A stretch of 64,000 bases of DNA from an uncultured Chloroflexia bacterium. GTDB taxonomy: Bacteria > Chloroflexota > Limnocylindria > Limnocylindrales > CSP1-4. The stretch covers positions 672,001-736,000 of the forward strand of contig CAVYIM010000003.1 of assembly GCA_963768655.1 (NCBI GenBank), given 5' to 3'. Shown one piece after another: positions 10,588-20,437 of this stretch (positions are counted from its first letter, which is position 1; the number at the start of each line of letters is the position of its first letter). The position numbers were made by a program, and so were the translations under genes. The notes beneath the pieces were generated by a model. That model made no database searches and was not told the origin of the DNA. It worked only from the letters and a program-made list of their open reading frames with translations.

Positions 10588-11727
10588 ATGTCCGCCTCGC
10601 CCGCCCATCCGCCCATCGCCCCGGCCGCCGGCTCCTCGCCCGCGCCCGCCCGTCCCGGCGCCGCTCGTCCGCGCCTGGTCGAGCGCTACCGCGAGTTCCT
10701 GCCGATCACGGCCGCCACTCCCATCATCAGCCTCGGCGAGGGCCTCACGCCGCTGGTCCGGATCGACCACATCGGCAAGCGCATCGGCATCCCGAACCTC
10801 TACGTGAAGTACGAGGGCATGAACCCGACCGGCTCGTTCAAGGACCGGGGCATGGTCGTGGCCATCTCTAAGGCGCTCGAGGAGGGCGCGAAGGCGGTCA
10901 TCTGCGCTTCCACCGGCAACACCTCGGCCTCCTCCGCCGCCTATGGCGCCGCTGCCGGCCTGGAAGTCATCGTCGTCCTGCCGAAGGGCAAGATCGCCCT
11001 TGGCAAGCTCATCCAGGCGCTTGCGGCCGGCGCGAAGATCATCGCCGTCGACGGCAACTTCGATGAGGCTCTGACCGTCGTGCGCGAGATGGCCGAGCAA
11101 AAGGACCATCCGGTCACGCTGGTCAACTCGGTCAACCCGTACCGCATCGACGGTCAGACAACGGCTGCGTTCGAAGTCTGCGACGACCTGGGCCGTGCCC
11201 CCGACATCCTGGCCATCCCGGTGGGCAACGCCGGCAACATCACCGCCTACTGGGCCGGGTTCACGCGCTACCTGGGTGCGGGGCGGATCGGCGCCCGACC
11301 GAAGATGTACGGCTTCCAGGCGGCCGGCGCGGCGCCGATCGTGCTCGGCCATCCCGTGGAGCACCCCGAGACGATTGCCACTGCCATTCGCATCGGCAAT
11401 CCGGCTTCGTGGAAGCAGGCGGTGGCGGCGCGCGACGAGTCGGGCGGGCTCATCGAGACGGTCACGGACGACGAGATCGTGGCCGCGTACCGGGACCTCG
11501 CCACACACCAGGGGATCTTCTGCGAGCCCGCTTCGGCGGCGAGCCTGGCGGGCGTTTGCAAGCTCGCCGCGGCGGGGCGGATCGACCGCGATGCCACGGT
11601 GGTCTGCGTGCTGACCGGCCACGGCCTCAAGGATCCCGAGACGGCCGAACGCACCGCCGGCGGCGCCGGCGCGATTATCGATGCCGCGCCGACTACGGCA
11701 GGAGTGATGCGCGCCCTCGGCTGGTAG
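10588..11727 (+). CDS. thrC: Threonine synthase
   Basis: NPTGSFKDRGM (PLP lysine), ASTGNTSAS, PVGNAGN, TGHGLKDP. Confidence 0.95.
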   Translation: MSASPAHPPIAPAAGSSPAPARPGAARPRLVERYREFLPITAATPIISLGEGLTPLVRIDHIGKRIGIPNLYVKYEGMNPTGSFKDRGMVVAISKALEEGAKAVICASTGNTSASSAAYGAAAGLEVIVVLPKGKIALGKLIQALAAGAKIIAVDGNFDEALTVVREMAEQKDHPVTLVNSVNPYRIDGQTTAAFEVCDDLGRAPDILAIPVGNAGNITAYWAGFTRYLGAGRIGARPKMYGFQAAGAAPIVLGHPVEHPETIATAIRIGNPASWKQAVAARDESGGLIETVTDDEIVAAYRDLATHQGIFCEPASAASLAGVCKLAAAGRIDRDATVVCVLTGHGLKDPETAERTAGGAGAIIDAAPTTAGVMRALGW

Positions 11728-11782
11728 GTGCGCCGAGTCGCGCTCTGGCGCCAGGACACTGGCCCATGCCGGGGTCGCCCCG

Positions 11783-12190
11783 CTAGGTCGCCAGGCGCGC
11801 GTCGGGGTCCGGCTGGAGCCAGTATGGCGAGTGGCTCTCGCACCAATCGCGGGATCGAGGGCCGAGGTTGGGGACAACGAGTGGATGACCAGCCGGTGTG
11901 GTCGGCAGCACGTTCTCCAGGAAGCACGTGACCACGCTGTCACGTAGCGACGGCGTGGCGGTCTCCAGCAGACTGTCCACGAACAGGAGCGCGGCTTTGA
12001 TCGACGCCTCGTCTGCTGCTGCGACCATTCGCTCGAAGGCCCAGCTGAAGGCCGCGAGCGCGCCGCACGTGGTCCCCTTACCCGGCTCTGCGTTGAAGAG
12101 CTCGACATCCTGGTCATACGCCGACCGACCGGCTTCCGGGACTAAGGCCCTCAGGCGGCGGGCGAGTTCCGGCCCACTTGGCTCGGTCAC
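11783..12190 (-). CDS. Hypothetical protein
   Basis: 135-aa ORF with protein-like composition (…VVTCFLENV…); no function recognised. Confidence 0.55.
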   Translation of the reverse strand: MTEPSGPELARRLRALVPEAGRSAYDQDVELFNAEPGKGTTCGALAAFSWAFERMVAAADEASIKAALLFVDSLLETATPSLRDSVVTCFLENVLPTTPAGHPLVVPNLGPRSRDWCESHSPYWLQPDPDARLAT

Positions 12191-12354
12191 ATCCCCGGTT
12201 CCTCACTCGCGACTAGCCCGACTGTGATCATGGCAGATCTACTGGATCGCTGCCGGGTGCGCCCAACCCGGTCCGTATCTAGTGACATTGGCGAACACTC
12301 GCCGACGACGGCCTGATCTCGCCGGGAACCCTGGATGCGCGCGGGAGAATCAAG

Positions 12355-12440
12355 GCAGCGACGGGGAGCTCTGACACGCGGCCCAAACACTGGCCGCTGG
12401 GACCGCGCCGAGCCACTGGCGGAACCGACGCGTCGCCGAC
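12355..12440 (+). ncRNA. Cyclic di-GMP class II riboswitch
   Basis: P1 GCGACG/CGTCGC; GGGAGC..TGAC and CGAG kink-turn motifs; stem CGCGGCCC/GGGACCGCG; pseudoknot CCGC/GCGG; terminal AACCGAC. Colinear with the c-di-GMP-II aptamer as recalled; lies just upstream of ATG 12464. Confidence 0.8.
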
Positions 12441-12463
12441 GCATTCCAAGGGGGAGAAGAGCG

Positions 12464-13381
12464 ATGCGCACGGGTCGTCGCGCCGACCGACTGGTTGTCA
12501 GTCTGGCTCTTGCCCTGGTAGTGGGCGGGTGCGGGGGGAGCGCCGCGACTCCATCACCTGGGCCAGGGCACCTCTACTGGGCCAACCGTGGCTACGATCT
12601 CCCTACCAACCCCGAGACGACGATGGGGCGAGCCAACATCGACGGGACCGGGGTGAGCCAGAGATTCATCACGGCCGGGCACAGCATGTTCGGCCTGGCG
12701 ATCCTCGGCGATCACCTCTACTGGACCGACACGGGAACGAACTCGATCGGGCGGGCGAACCTTGACGGCACGGGGGTGAATCAGAGCTTCATCAGCGCCA
12801 GCGGCTTCGGGATAACGGGGGACGGAACCTACCTCTACTGGGCAGACCCCGCGAGCCAGTTGATCGGGCGGGCGAACCTTGACGGCACCGGGGTGAACCA
12901 GAGCTTCATCTTCGCCGGCGGTCAACCTGTCTCTGTCGCGGTCAGCGGCCGCTACATCTACTGGACCGACTACTCTTCCGACAAGAGAATTGGGCGGGCC
13001 AGCCTCGACGGCACGGGCGTGAACCAGAGCTTCATCGACTGCAGCGCCAGTCCCGGCGACAGCACGCCTTTCGCCATCACGATCAGCGGCGGCTACATCT
13101 ACTGGACCAACTACGTCTGGAAGGTCAACGCTGGCGGCACGATCGGGAGGGCCAAGCTGGACGGGACTGGGGCGAACCAGACCTTCATCGGCGACGACCT
13201 CGCCGACTTCAACCCCGGCTGGATCGCGATCGCCGGAGGCTACATGTATTGGAGCGAACCCGGCGACGCACTCAGCCCCGGCAAGGGCACGATCGAGCGG
13301 GCCAAGCTGGACGGGACGGAGCTGACGCGAAACTTCATCGCCGGTGCGTTCACCCCTATCGGCTTGGTGGTAGGCCCATAG
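12464..13381 (+). CDS. Lipoprotein with YWTD (LDL-receptor class B-like) beta-propeller repeats
   Basis: Lipobox VGGC; six repeats of YW(T/A)x...IGRAxLDGTGVNQSFI. Confidence 0.8.
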   Translation: MRTGRRADRLVVSLALALVVGGCGGSAATPSPGPGHLYWANRGYDLPTNPETTMGRANIDGTGVSQRFITAGHSMFGLAILGDHLYWTDTGTNSIGRANLDGTGVNQSFISASGFGITGDGTYLYWADPASQLIGRANLDGTGVNQSFIFAGGQPVSVAVSGRYIYWTDYSSDKRIGRASLDGTGVNQSFIDCSASPGDSTPFAITISGGYIYWTNYVWKVNAGGTIGRAKLDGTGANQTFIGDDLADFNPGWIAIAGGYMYWSEPGDALSPGKGTIERAKLDGTELTRNFIAGAFTPIGLVVGP

Positions 13382-13578
13382 GGGCCCCGAGCCTTCGCGG
13401 TCGGCCACGCAATTGACGGGCTCCGCTGTCGAGTGTGCGTGGTGCCCGTCGTCTCGCGGCGGCCCTCTTACGTCTGCGACCCTGGCGCGGATCGCGGGGA
13501 TCGGGCCGGGCCGCCAGGCTCGGGTGGACTTCGTGGACACCGTCGCAGACAGCCGTCTTCTTCCCACAGCCATTCCCT

Positions 13579-14740
<1,162 letters not shown>

Positions 14741-14964
14741 CTACCTCTGTCGCGACAAGGCAACCACGATCCGTCGCGTAGCGTCGTGAGTCAAGCCGAC
14801 CAGCCAGGCCCGACGTCCGCTGGGTGCATTGGCGCACACTCGCCCAAGCGGCGGTGACTTCCTCCGGTGTTGACGACCTCCGGCACTTGCCGCTAGCCGT
14901 CAGGCACGGCGACGCTGGCAGCTCGGCCGGAGGCCGGTTGGCGAACAGGTTGGCGGTGCTACAA

Positions 14965-15336
14965 ATGTTGTTGAGAGGCGGAATCGTCAGGGGGATCGCG
15001 TGCGCCCTGGCGCTCACGGCAGTGCTCGGCTGCACGCCCCGATCCGCGCTCCAGTTCTCGCCCACGACCCTGACCGACGCCCAGGTCGGCTCACCATACG
15101 CCGCCACCATCACCGTGAATCAGGCCGCGACGCCCGTGGATGGCGCCGCGGTCCAGGACGGCGCGCTCCCGGCTGGCCTCGACCTCACATTGGCCAAGGA
15201 GCCCATCAACACGATCCAGATTTCGGGAACGCCCACCGCCGCCGGCACGTTCAGTTTCACCGTCTACGTGTGGTGCTATGGCACGCAGGTCAGCGGGCAG
15301 ACCGCAACCCAGGAGTACACGCTGGTGGTGAAGTGA
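14965..15336 (+). CDS. Small lipoprotein with a putative Ig (He_PIG-like) domain
   Basis: VLGC lipobox; GALPAGL...ISGTPTAAGTFSFTV pattern. Confidence 0.7.
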   Translation: MLLRGGIVRGIACALALTAVLGCTPRSALQFSPTTLTDAQVGSPYAATITVNQAATPVDGAAVQDGALPAGLDLTLAKEPINTIQISGTPTAAGTFSFTVYVWCYGTQVSGQTATQEYTLVVK

Positions 15337-15349
15337 ACCAGTGGAAGTC

Positions 15350-15374
15350 TGGTCGGGGCGAGAGGATTTGAACC
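15350..15374 (-). mobile_element. tRNA-Pro 3'-end fragment (att-like), copy 1
   Basis: Minus strand GGTTCAAATCCTCTCGCCCCGACCA = T-loop, 3' T-stem, acceptor strand and CCA typical of tRNA-Pro. Confidence 0.75.
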
Positions 15375-15561
15375 AGCGGTTCCCAAGTGCCGGATCGTCG
15401 CGCCGGGCTGGATCGTGGAATCCCTGGCACTGGCGGCTTGAGCAAGACTCCTGGCAGCGACCAGGGGTCCGAGACTCATCGATCCGGTCCGGCGCCCGCG
15501 CCGACTACGACGTTCCGGAGTCGAGCTTGCCGAGCCGACCTCGTGGGCGTAAGCTTTACCC

Positions 15562-15813
15562 ATGAGTGCGCGAGTAAAGACCAGTCGACGTCGAGGGTAC
15601 ACCAGGGTGAGCGCCAAGAATCAGGTCACGATCCCCCAGGACGCCCTAGTTCGGGCTGGGCTCAAAGTGGGCGATCGCCTCCGGGCCGAGGCCGGCCGAC
15701 CAGGTGAGTTGATCCTGGTCCGTGAGGAGGATCCTGTCGATCGATTTGCCGGTGCCTTGACGGGCGCCTTTGCTCCAGATCACCTCGACGAACTGCGCCG
15801 CGAATGGCGCTGA
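15562..15813 (+). CDS. AbrB/MazE-type antitoxin (VapB-like)
   Basis: VSAKNQVTIP...AGLKVGD swapped-hairpin motif; overlaps the downstream PIN gene. Confidence 0.85.
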   Translation: MSARVKTSRRRGYTRVSAKNQVTIPQDALVRAGLKVGDRLRAEAGRPGELILVREEDPVDRFAGALTGAFAPDHLDELRREWR

Positions 15814-16223
15814 CGATCCTGGACGCCGGCGTCATCATCGCGATTCTCGATTCGAGCGATGCCCACCATGCGGCAGCCAGGGAGGCCCTGACGCGCGCTC
15901 GGAGTCGGGGAGAGGAGTTGGCCGTCCCCGCCTCCGCCTACGCCGAAGTACTCGTCGGGCCATTCCGGCAGGGTGCGAGCGCGGTTGCAAAGGTCGATGA
16001 GTTTCTCGCAGCTCTTCCGGCTCGAGTTGAGCCGGCCACTCGGGAGATTGCTGCAACCGCGGCGAGGTTGAGGGCCCAGCACGGAACCAAGTTGCGGCTG
16101 CCAGATGCGCTGGTCGTAGCCACTGCGGTTGAACTGGGTGCCACCCTCCTGCTGACGACAGGCGCCGGATGGCCATCCGTGCCGATCGAGGTCACCATCG
16201 TTGCAGGATCGGCCACACCCTGA
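15804..16223 (+). CDS. PIN-domain toxin (VapC-like)
   Basis: ILDAGV, YAEV, LRLPDALVVATA; the fourth acidic position reads TTG. Confidence 0.85.
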   Translation: MALTILDAGVIIAILDSSDAHHAAAREALTRARSRGEELAVPASAYAEVLVGPFRQGASAVAKVDEFLAALPARVEPATREIAATAARLRAQHGTKLRLPDALVVATAVELGATLLLTTGAGWPSVPIEVTIVAGSATP

Positions 16224-16250
16224 CGCGAGGATGCCGGCGATCACTGCCCG

Positions 16251-16267
16251 GGTAGGTTGCACCTACC
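16251..16267. terminator. Perfect hairpin GGTAGGT-TGC-ACCTACC
   Basis: 7-bp stem between vapC and tRNA fragment copy 2. Confidence 0.45.
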
Positions 16268-16271
16268 TAAT

Positions 16272-16293
16272 TGGTCGGCGCGAGAGGACTTGA
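16272..16293 (-). mobile_element. tRNA-Pro 3'-end fragment (att-like), copy 2
   Basis: Minus strand TCAAGTCCTCTCGCGCCGACCA; 20/22 identical to copy 1. Confidence 0.7.
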
Positions 16294-16349
16294 GGCCGAG
16301 ATAACAAGTGAAGTGTCGGCTGTTCCCGCCGGTCCGCCGCAGGGGCCAC

Positions 16350-16445
16350 CCACGCGATCAAGACGCCATCGGGTCGCAGGGTTGCCGTCTGCTCAGTTCG
16401 GGCAGTCTTCATCGACCCGATCGGGTGAAGGCCACTCACTGAGTA
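16350..16445 (-). pseudogene. Degenerate isolated Kelch repeat
   Basis: SGLHPIGSMKTARTEQTATLRPDGVLIA mirrors the last repeat of the adjacent gene (SGFHQIGSMTTARDLQTATLLPDGRVLIA). Confidence 0.55.
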
Positions 16446-16465
16446 GTAGCGCGGACCGCAGCCGA

Positions 16466-17752
16466 TCACGGCACGAACAACTCCGCGGACGATAGGGCAT
16501 GGAACTCGTCCGAGGTGCCGCCGGCTATCAACACCCTGCCATCGGGCAGAAGGGTCGCCGTCTGAAGGTCCCGAGCCGTTGTCATTGAGCCGATCTGGTG
16601 GAAGCCGCTGGCGGGGTCATAGATGCCGGCTTGGGCGGTGGCGGCGTCATTCCATTCACCGCCGGCAAACAGCACATCTCCGTCCGAAAGGAGCGTCGCT
16701 GTCGCCGCGAACCACAGCTCCGGCGGGGAGATGGACCCGGCGGCCGTGAACGAGCCATTGGACGGGTCATAGATCTCCAGGTAGTCGAAGATACACAGGA
16801 GGACGCGGCCGTCCTTGAGGGTCGTTGGTGGCGCCGTCAGATCGTAGTCCCTGGGCGCCACGGTTGCGCTCGCTGGGAGCTGGAGTGTGAGGCTCCTGGA
16901 TTTGCCACTCGCGGGATCGTAGATCTCAGCGCGTGGACCCCCGACCTGTGTTGAACCCACGAACAGAACCTTGCCGTCAGGCAGCAGGGCCTCGCCCAGA
17001 TGCTCGTAGGAGCGCAGCAGCGAGCCGGGACGCGAGAACTTGCCGGTGGCGGGGTCGTAGGTCTCAAGAACCGCGTTGTCTGACTCTGCGGTCAACACGC
17101 TGCCGTCGGGCAGGACTATGGCCGTGTCCGGAACGCTGGCGATGACTGAGCCGACTCGCGTAAATCTGCCGGTCGTCGGGTCGTAGATATCAGAAGAACT
17201 GCCCGAGATCGGCAAAGGAGCCTGGTACGGCGTCGTGCAGCCGCCGGTGCCAGTGTCATCGCCTGCGACGACGAGGACTCGGCCGTCCTGCAGAAGTGTC
17301 GCCACCGCCCAACCACGAGGAATGGTCAGCGCGCCGGTCGTCGTGAACGTGCCGGTCTTGGGGTCGTACAGCTCCGCGGACGCCAGTCCGCCGGAGGGCT
17401 GACACGGCATTCCCCCGGCAATGAGCACTTTGCCGTTCGTGAGCAGCGTCGCCGTGGCATAGAGGCGAGCCACCTGCAGGCTGCCAGTCGGGACGAAGTG
17501 CGGCGCGGACGTCGGCGACGGTGCGAGCGAAGGCGTGGCCGAAGGAGCGGCCGAAGGCGTGGCCGAAGGTGGCACCGTCTTACTGGGTCGAACACTCGGG
17601 CTTGCTGCAGAGCTACCGCAGCCGGCCAGAACGGCCACGAATACCAACCCGGCGAATACCCGCCCTGTCGAGCGGTGGACCCTGCGGACACCAGGACCGG
17701 CTCCCACGCCCCATCTCCCTCTGTGTAATCCACCAACGGCAGGATGACGCAT
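16466..17752 (-). CDS. Kelch-repeat lipoprotein
   Basis: Lipobox LAGC, PS/PT linker, repeated ATLLxDGxVLxAGG...AELYDP; true start probably near 17680. Confidence 0.85.
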   Translation of the reverse strand: MRHPAVGGLHRGRWGVGAGPGVRRVHRSTGRVFAGLVFVAVLAGCGSSAASPSVRPSKTVPPSATPSAAPSATPSLAPSPTSAPHFVPTGSLQVARLYATATLLTNGKVLIAGGMPCQPSGGLASAELYDPKTGTFTTTGALTIPRGWAVATLLQDGRVLVVAGDDTGTGGCTTPYQAPLPISGSSSDIYDPTTGRFTRVGSVIASVPDTAIVLPDGSVLTAESDNAVLETYDPATGKFSRPGSLLRSYEHLGEALLPDGKVLFVGSTQVGGPRAEIYDPASGKSRSLTLQLPASATVAPRDYDLTAPPTTLKDGRVLLCIFDYLEIYDPSNGSFTAAGSISPPELWFAATATLLSDGDVLFAGGEWNDAATAQAGIYDPASGFHQIGSMTTARDLQTATLLPDGRVLIAGGTSDEFHALSSAELFVP

Positions 17753-17805
17753 CTACGAAGCTCGCGTGACGCCACGGAGGGCCGTGGCCGACCGGGAAGA
17801 AGAGG

Positions 17806-17830
17806 TGGTGGGGGCGAGCGGATTAGAGCC
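17806..17830 (-). mobile_element. tRNA-Pro-like 3'-end fragment (att-like), copy 3, degenerate
   Basis: Minus strand GGCTCTAATCCGCTCGCCCCCACCA; 21/25 identical to copy 1; followed on the minus strand by hairpin GCCACGG/CCGTGGC (17771-17788). Confidence 0.55.
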
Positions 17831-18029
17831 GACACTATCCGAGCGATCATCCGAGGCCCGATGGAGTTGGCGGCCCAGTTGGTCGGCTAGCGTTTTGGAT
17901 GTCCTTCGCCCGCCTGAGCCGCTCTTCCGGGCAGTCATCGCCGTCTGCGTCGACGCTCCGGGCGCAATACGTCGGAGACTGGAGGCTCCGCGAAGAGCCG
18001 CGGGCTTCTCTCTTTGGCGAGGAACGGAT

Positions 18030-18632
18030 CTAGCTGAAGTCGAAGGGCGGGTACGGGACGGGCAGGAACAGCATGTAGCCGCTGATCCGGGTCCCGTAGT
18101 TCAGGACGACGCCCATGAACTTTGCCCCCAGCTCGGGGTAGCGTCCGTTGATCAGGATGGGGATCCAGACGAGCAGGACGTAGACATACATCCCGACGTA
18201 CAGGACGCCGAGCACGATGAAGTGGGGGATCAGGGCGATGATGCGGGCGCAGAACCCGATCAGCGGGATGCCCCACAGGCGGTTGATGGATCGGCCCTCG
18301 GCGTTGACCTGGACCTGGACCGGACCCTGGCCGCCGACGTTCAGATCTGGATAGCCACCGGGTACCAGGAGTCCGTAGGCGTTGATCCTGGCATTGCGGT
18401 TCAAGGACGCGCCCACCAGCTTCTGGTACCAGTCCGGGACCTTGCCGAGAAGGAGGATCGGGATCCACAAGATGACCTGGCTGAGGACCACGAGGAAGCC
18501 GATCACCATGAGGACGATGAGCCCGGGGATCAGGAGAATGGCCCGGACCACAATGCCGAACCAGAGGAGGCCCCACCAACGATCGATCGCTCGCTCTTGG
18601 GGCATAGCGACAGAGATGGGATAGTCAGCCAC
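18030..18632 (-). CDS. DUF4389-like membrane protein
   Basis: Two internal repeats R..L.IP..IVL...WIPIL..G..P...R...Y...YP. Confidence 0.8.
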   Translation of the reverse strand: MADYPISVAMPQERAIDRWWGLLWFGIVVRAILLIPGLIVLMVIGFLVVLSQVILWIPILLLGKVPDWYQKLVGASLNRNARINAYGLLVPGGYPDLNVGGQGPVQVQVNAEGRSINRLWGIPLIGFCARIIALIPHFIVLGVLYVGMYVYVLLVWIPILINGRYPELGAKFMGVVLNYGTRISGYMLFLPVPYPPFDFS

Positions 18633-18718
18633 GGCAGACCTCCGAGGGCTCCGAGTCCGATCCAGCAGAGCTTTCCTACCAGTGAGACTTTAGCAGCGAG
18701 AAAAGGTTCACCCGGCCA

Positions 18719-19231
18719 TCAGCCGTTGGAGCTTGCGACCGCAGCGGTCGTGCCCAACGCCACGCCAGTCGTCCTGTCGGCCGGGCTGTGCGGCTGAACG
18801 ATCAGCCTGTCCGACGCGACCGCGAGAAGCGCGAGCAGGACGACATCGATGGCCAGCCCCATCACTGAGCCGGGCAGTCCGATCGTGCAGAGAACAAGAG
18901 AGCCCAGGAGCAGGGCGATAGTCGTTCGACGGGCCCAAGGGTGGCCGCGCCAGAGCATCACCCCGACTACCACGAAGGCGACCGCGGCGGCCAGCCACAC
19001 GAAGCCGAGTATCTTGACGGCCGTGCCGCCGACGTCGATCGAACCATTGAGGATCCGGGTCGAGAACTCGACTCCTCTAAAGCCACGATGCCACCATGGA
19101 ACGGTGAAGCCGTATACGTGGACCAGGCCGTGAAGAGCCAGGAACACGGCGAACACGCGGGGCAGGAGCCCAGCATGCCAGGCCCCTGTCTCTCGGTACT
19201 CCGTGGCGGGCGCGGGGAGTGGCGTGGTCAT
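18719..19231 (-). CDS. Hypothetical membrane protein
   Basis: Four hydrophobic segments with an HGLVH motif; GGAGGA RBS. Confidence 0.7.
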   Translation of the reverse strand: MTTPLPAPATEYRETGAWHAGLLPRVFAVFLALHGLVHVYGFTVPWWHRGFRGVEFSTRILNGSIDVGGTAVKILGFVWLAAAVAFVVVGVMLWRGHPWARRTTIALLLGSLVLCTIGLPGSVMGLAIDVVLLALLAVASDRLIVQPHSPADRTTGVALGTTAAVASSNG

Positions 19232-19320
19232 CTCGTCCTCCTTGCGATGGCGTTCCCGTTGTCCGCCCGGTCGGCCAGGAGCGGAACGCCAACCTCACGC
19301 CCGGAGCCTGGCGATCGCTT

Positions 19321-19359
19321 GTGTAGGAACCGTGTAGGCGCGGTAAGCCCCAGGTAAGC
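19321..19359. promoter_or_regulatory. Paired direct repeats with 11-bp period (GTGTAGG x2, GGTAAGC x2), response-regulator-like site
   Basis: Copies at 19321/19332 and 19342/19353, upstream of the 19231 gene. Confidence 0.45.
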
Positions 19360-19442
19360 GGCCCTCGCCGGTCTCGCTCCGGCCCCACGTTGCAAGCCGT
19401 GCTCGGCCGGCGCTTCGGCCGGGCGGACGATTGACTCCACGT

Positions 19443-19470
19443 TGCGTCGCCCGTCTTGAGGGGCGACGCA
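19443..19470. terminator. Stem-loop downstream of thrH
   Basis: TGCGTCGCCC...GGGCGACGCA 10-bp stem. Confidence 0.5.
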
Positions 19471-19513
19471 GTTCACGAGCCGACGCGGGCAGCGTCTGGA
19501 ACTGAGATCGCCT

Positions 19514-20119
19514 CTACGCCATCGCCTGCCTGATCAGCCCCATCAGATCGGCGTAGGTCTCGACGGCAGGGAACTGGGGGAATTGCCGTTTCACACCGTC
19601 GGGCGCGCGGAAGAGGATGCCCTTGTCGGCCTCGCCGAGCATGGCCGTGTCGTTGAAGGAATCGCCCCCGGCGATGACGTGGTAATTCATCCGTCTGAAC
19701 GCCGCGACGGCCTCGCGCTTCTGCTCTCGGATGCGCAACTGATAGTCGACGATGTGGTCGTTTTCGACGATCAGCCGGTGACACAGGAGTGTCGGCCAGT
19801 TGAGCTGACGGAGCAGGGGAGCGGCGAACTGCTCGAAAGTGTCGGACAGGATCACGACCTGGACGAACGAACGCAACTCGTCGAGGAACTCCCTCGCGCC
19901 GGCCAGGGGCGTCAAGGTACCGATGACGCCCTGGATGTCTGACAGCTTCAGCCCGTGCTCGTCCAGGATGGCCAGGCGTCCGCGCATGAGCTTGTCGTAG
20001 TCCGGCTCATCGCGCGTGGTGCGGCGCAGCTCGGGGATGCCCGTCTTCTCGGACACGGCAATCCAGATCTCAGGCGTCAGCACGCCTTCCATGTCCAGCG
20101 TGACGATCGATTGCTTCAT
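19514..20119 (-). CDS. thrH: Phosphoserine phosphatase / homoserine phosphotransferase
   Basis: HAD motif DMEGVLTPEIW, TTRDEPDYD, LSDTF, GDSFNDTAML. Confidence 0.93.
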   Translation of the reverse strand: MKQSIVTLDMEGVLTPEIWIAVSEKTGIPELRRTTRDEPDYDKLMRGRLAILDEHGLKLSDIQGVIGTLTPLAGAREFLDELRSFVQVVILSDTFEQFAAPLLRQLNWPTLLCHRLIVENDHIVDYQLRIREQKREAVAAFRRMNYHVIAGGDSFNDTAMLGEADKGILFRAPDGVKRQFPQFPAVETYADLMGLIRQAMA

Positions 20120-20400
20120 GGACGCGCAGTCTAGCGTGACCGTGGGGCCGCCGGGGTGGCTTCGTCGTCGGCGACGGTAACGCAGAGACGCCGGGGGCTC
20201 TCCGTTTCGACGCCCCGGCGGATCGCCGTGCGGGCATAGCGGAGGCCTTGGACTCGCGCTGTGGCGGCTCGTAATCCCTCAATACGCTCCGACGCTGGTC
20301 CAGGCGTCGCCCTCGCCACCCGGGCCAGAGCGCCACGCACCTGTCGCGGGAGGGCTGAGCGCCGGCTTTCCGGCGGCCGTCGTCGGGGCGCACGCGCGTC

Positions 20401-20428
20401 TGCAACACTTGGGGCGCCTCGGACGTTA
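20401..20428 (+). promoter_or_regulatory. Putative ECF-type promoter TGCAAC-N17-CGTTA
   Basis: AAC / CGT elements ending about 10 nt before the ATG (20438) of the ECF sigma, consistent with a leaderless autoregulated transcript. Confidence 0.55.
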
Positions 20429-20437
20429 GACCGGCAG

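Noticed and set aside
12735-13040. Near-identical DNA repeats in the YWTD gene as a diversity-generating retroelement template/variable pair
   Set aside because: The repeats are in-frame propeller blades, the differences are not adenine-specific, and there is no reverse transcriptase in the window.
13368-13395. TGGTAGGCCC... as a fourth tRNA 3' fragment
   Set aside because: It overlaps the end of the YWTD gene, has no TTC T-loop and has the wrong acceptor-arm spacing.
15350-15425. Intact tRNA-Pro gene
   Set aside because: The 5' acceptor strand (CGGGGCG) and the 5' T-stem are missing, so it cannot fold as a cloverleaf; recorded as a fragment.
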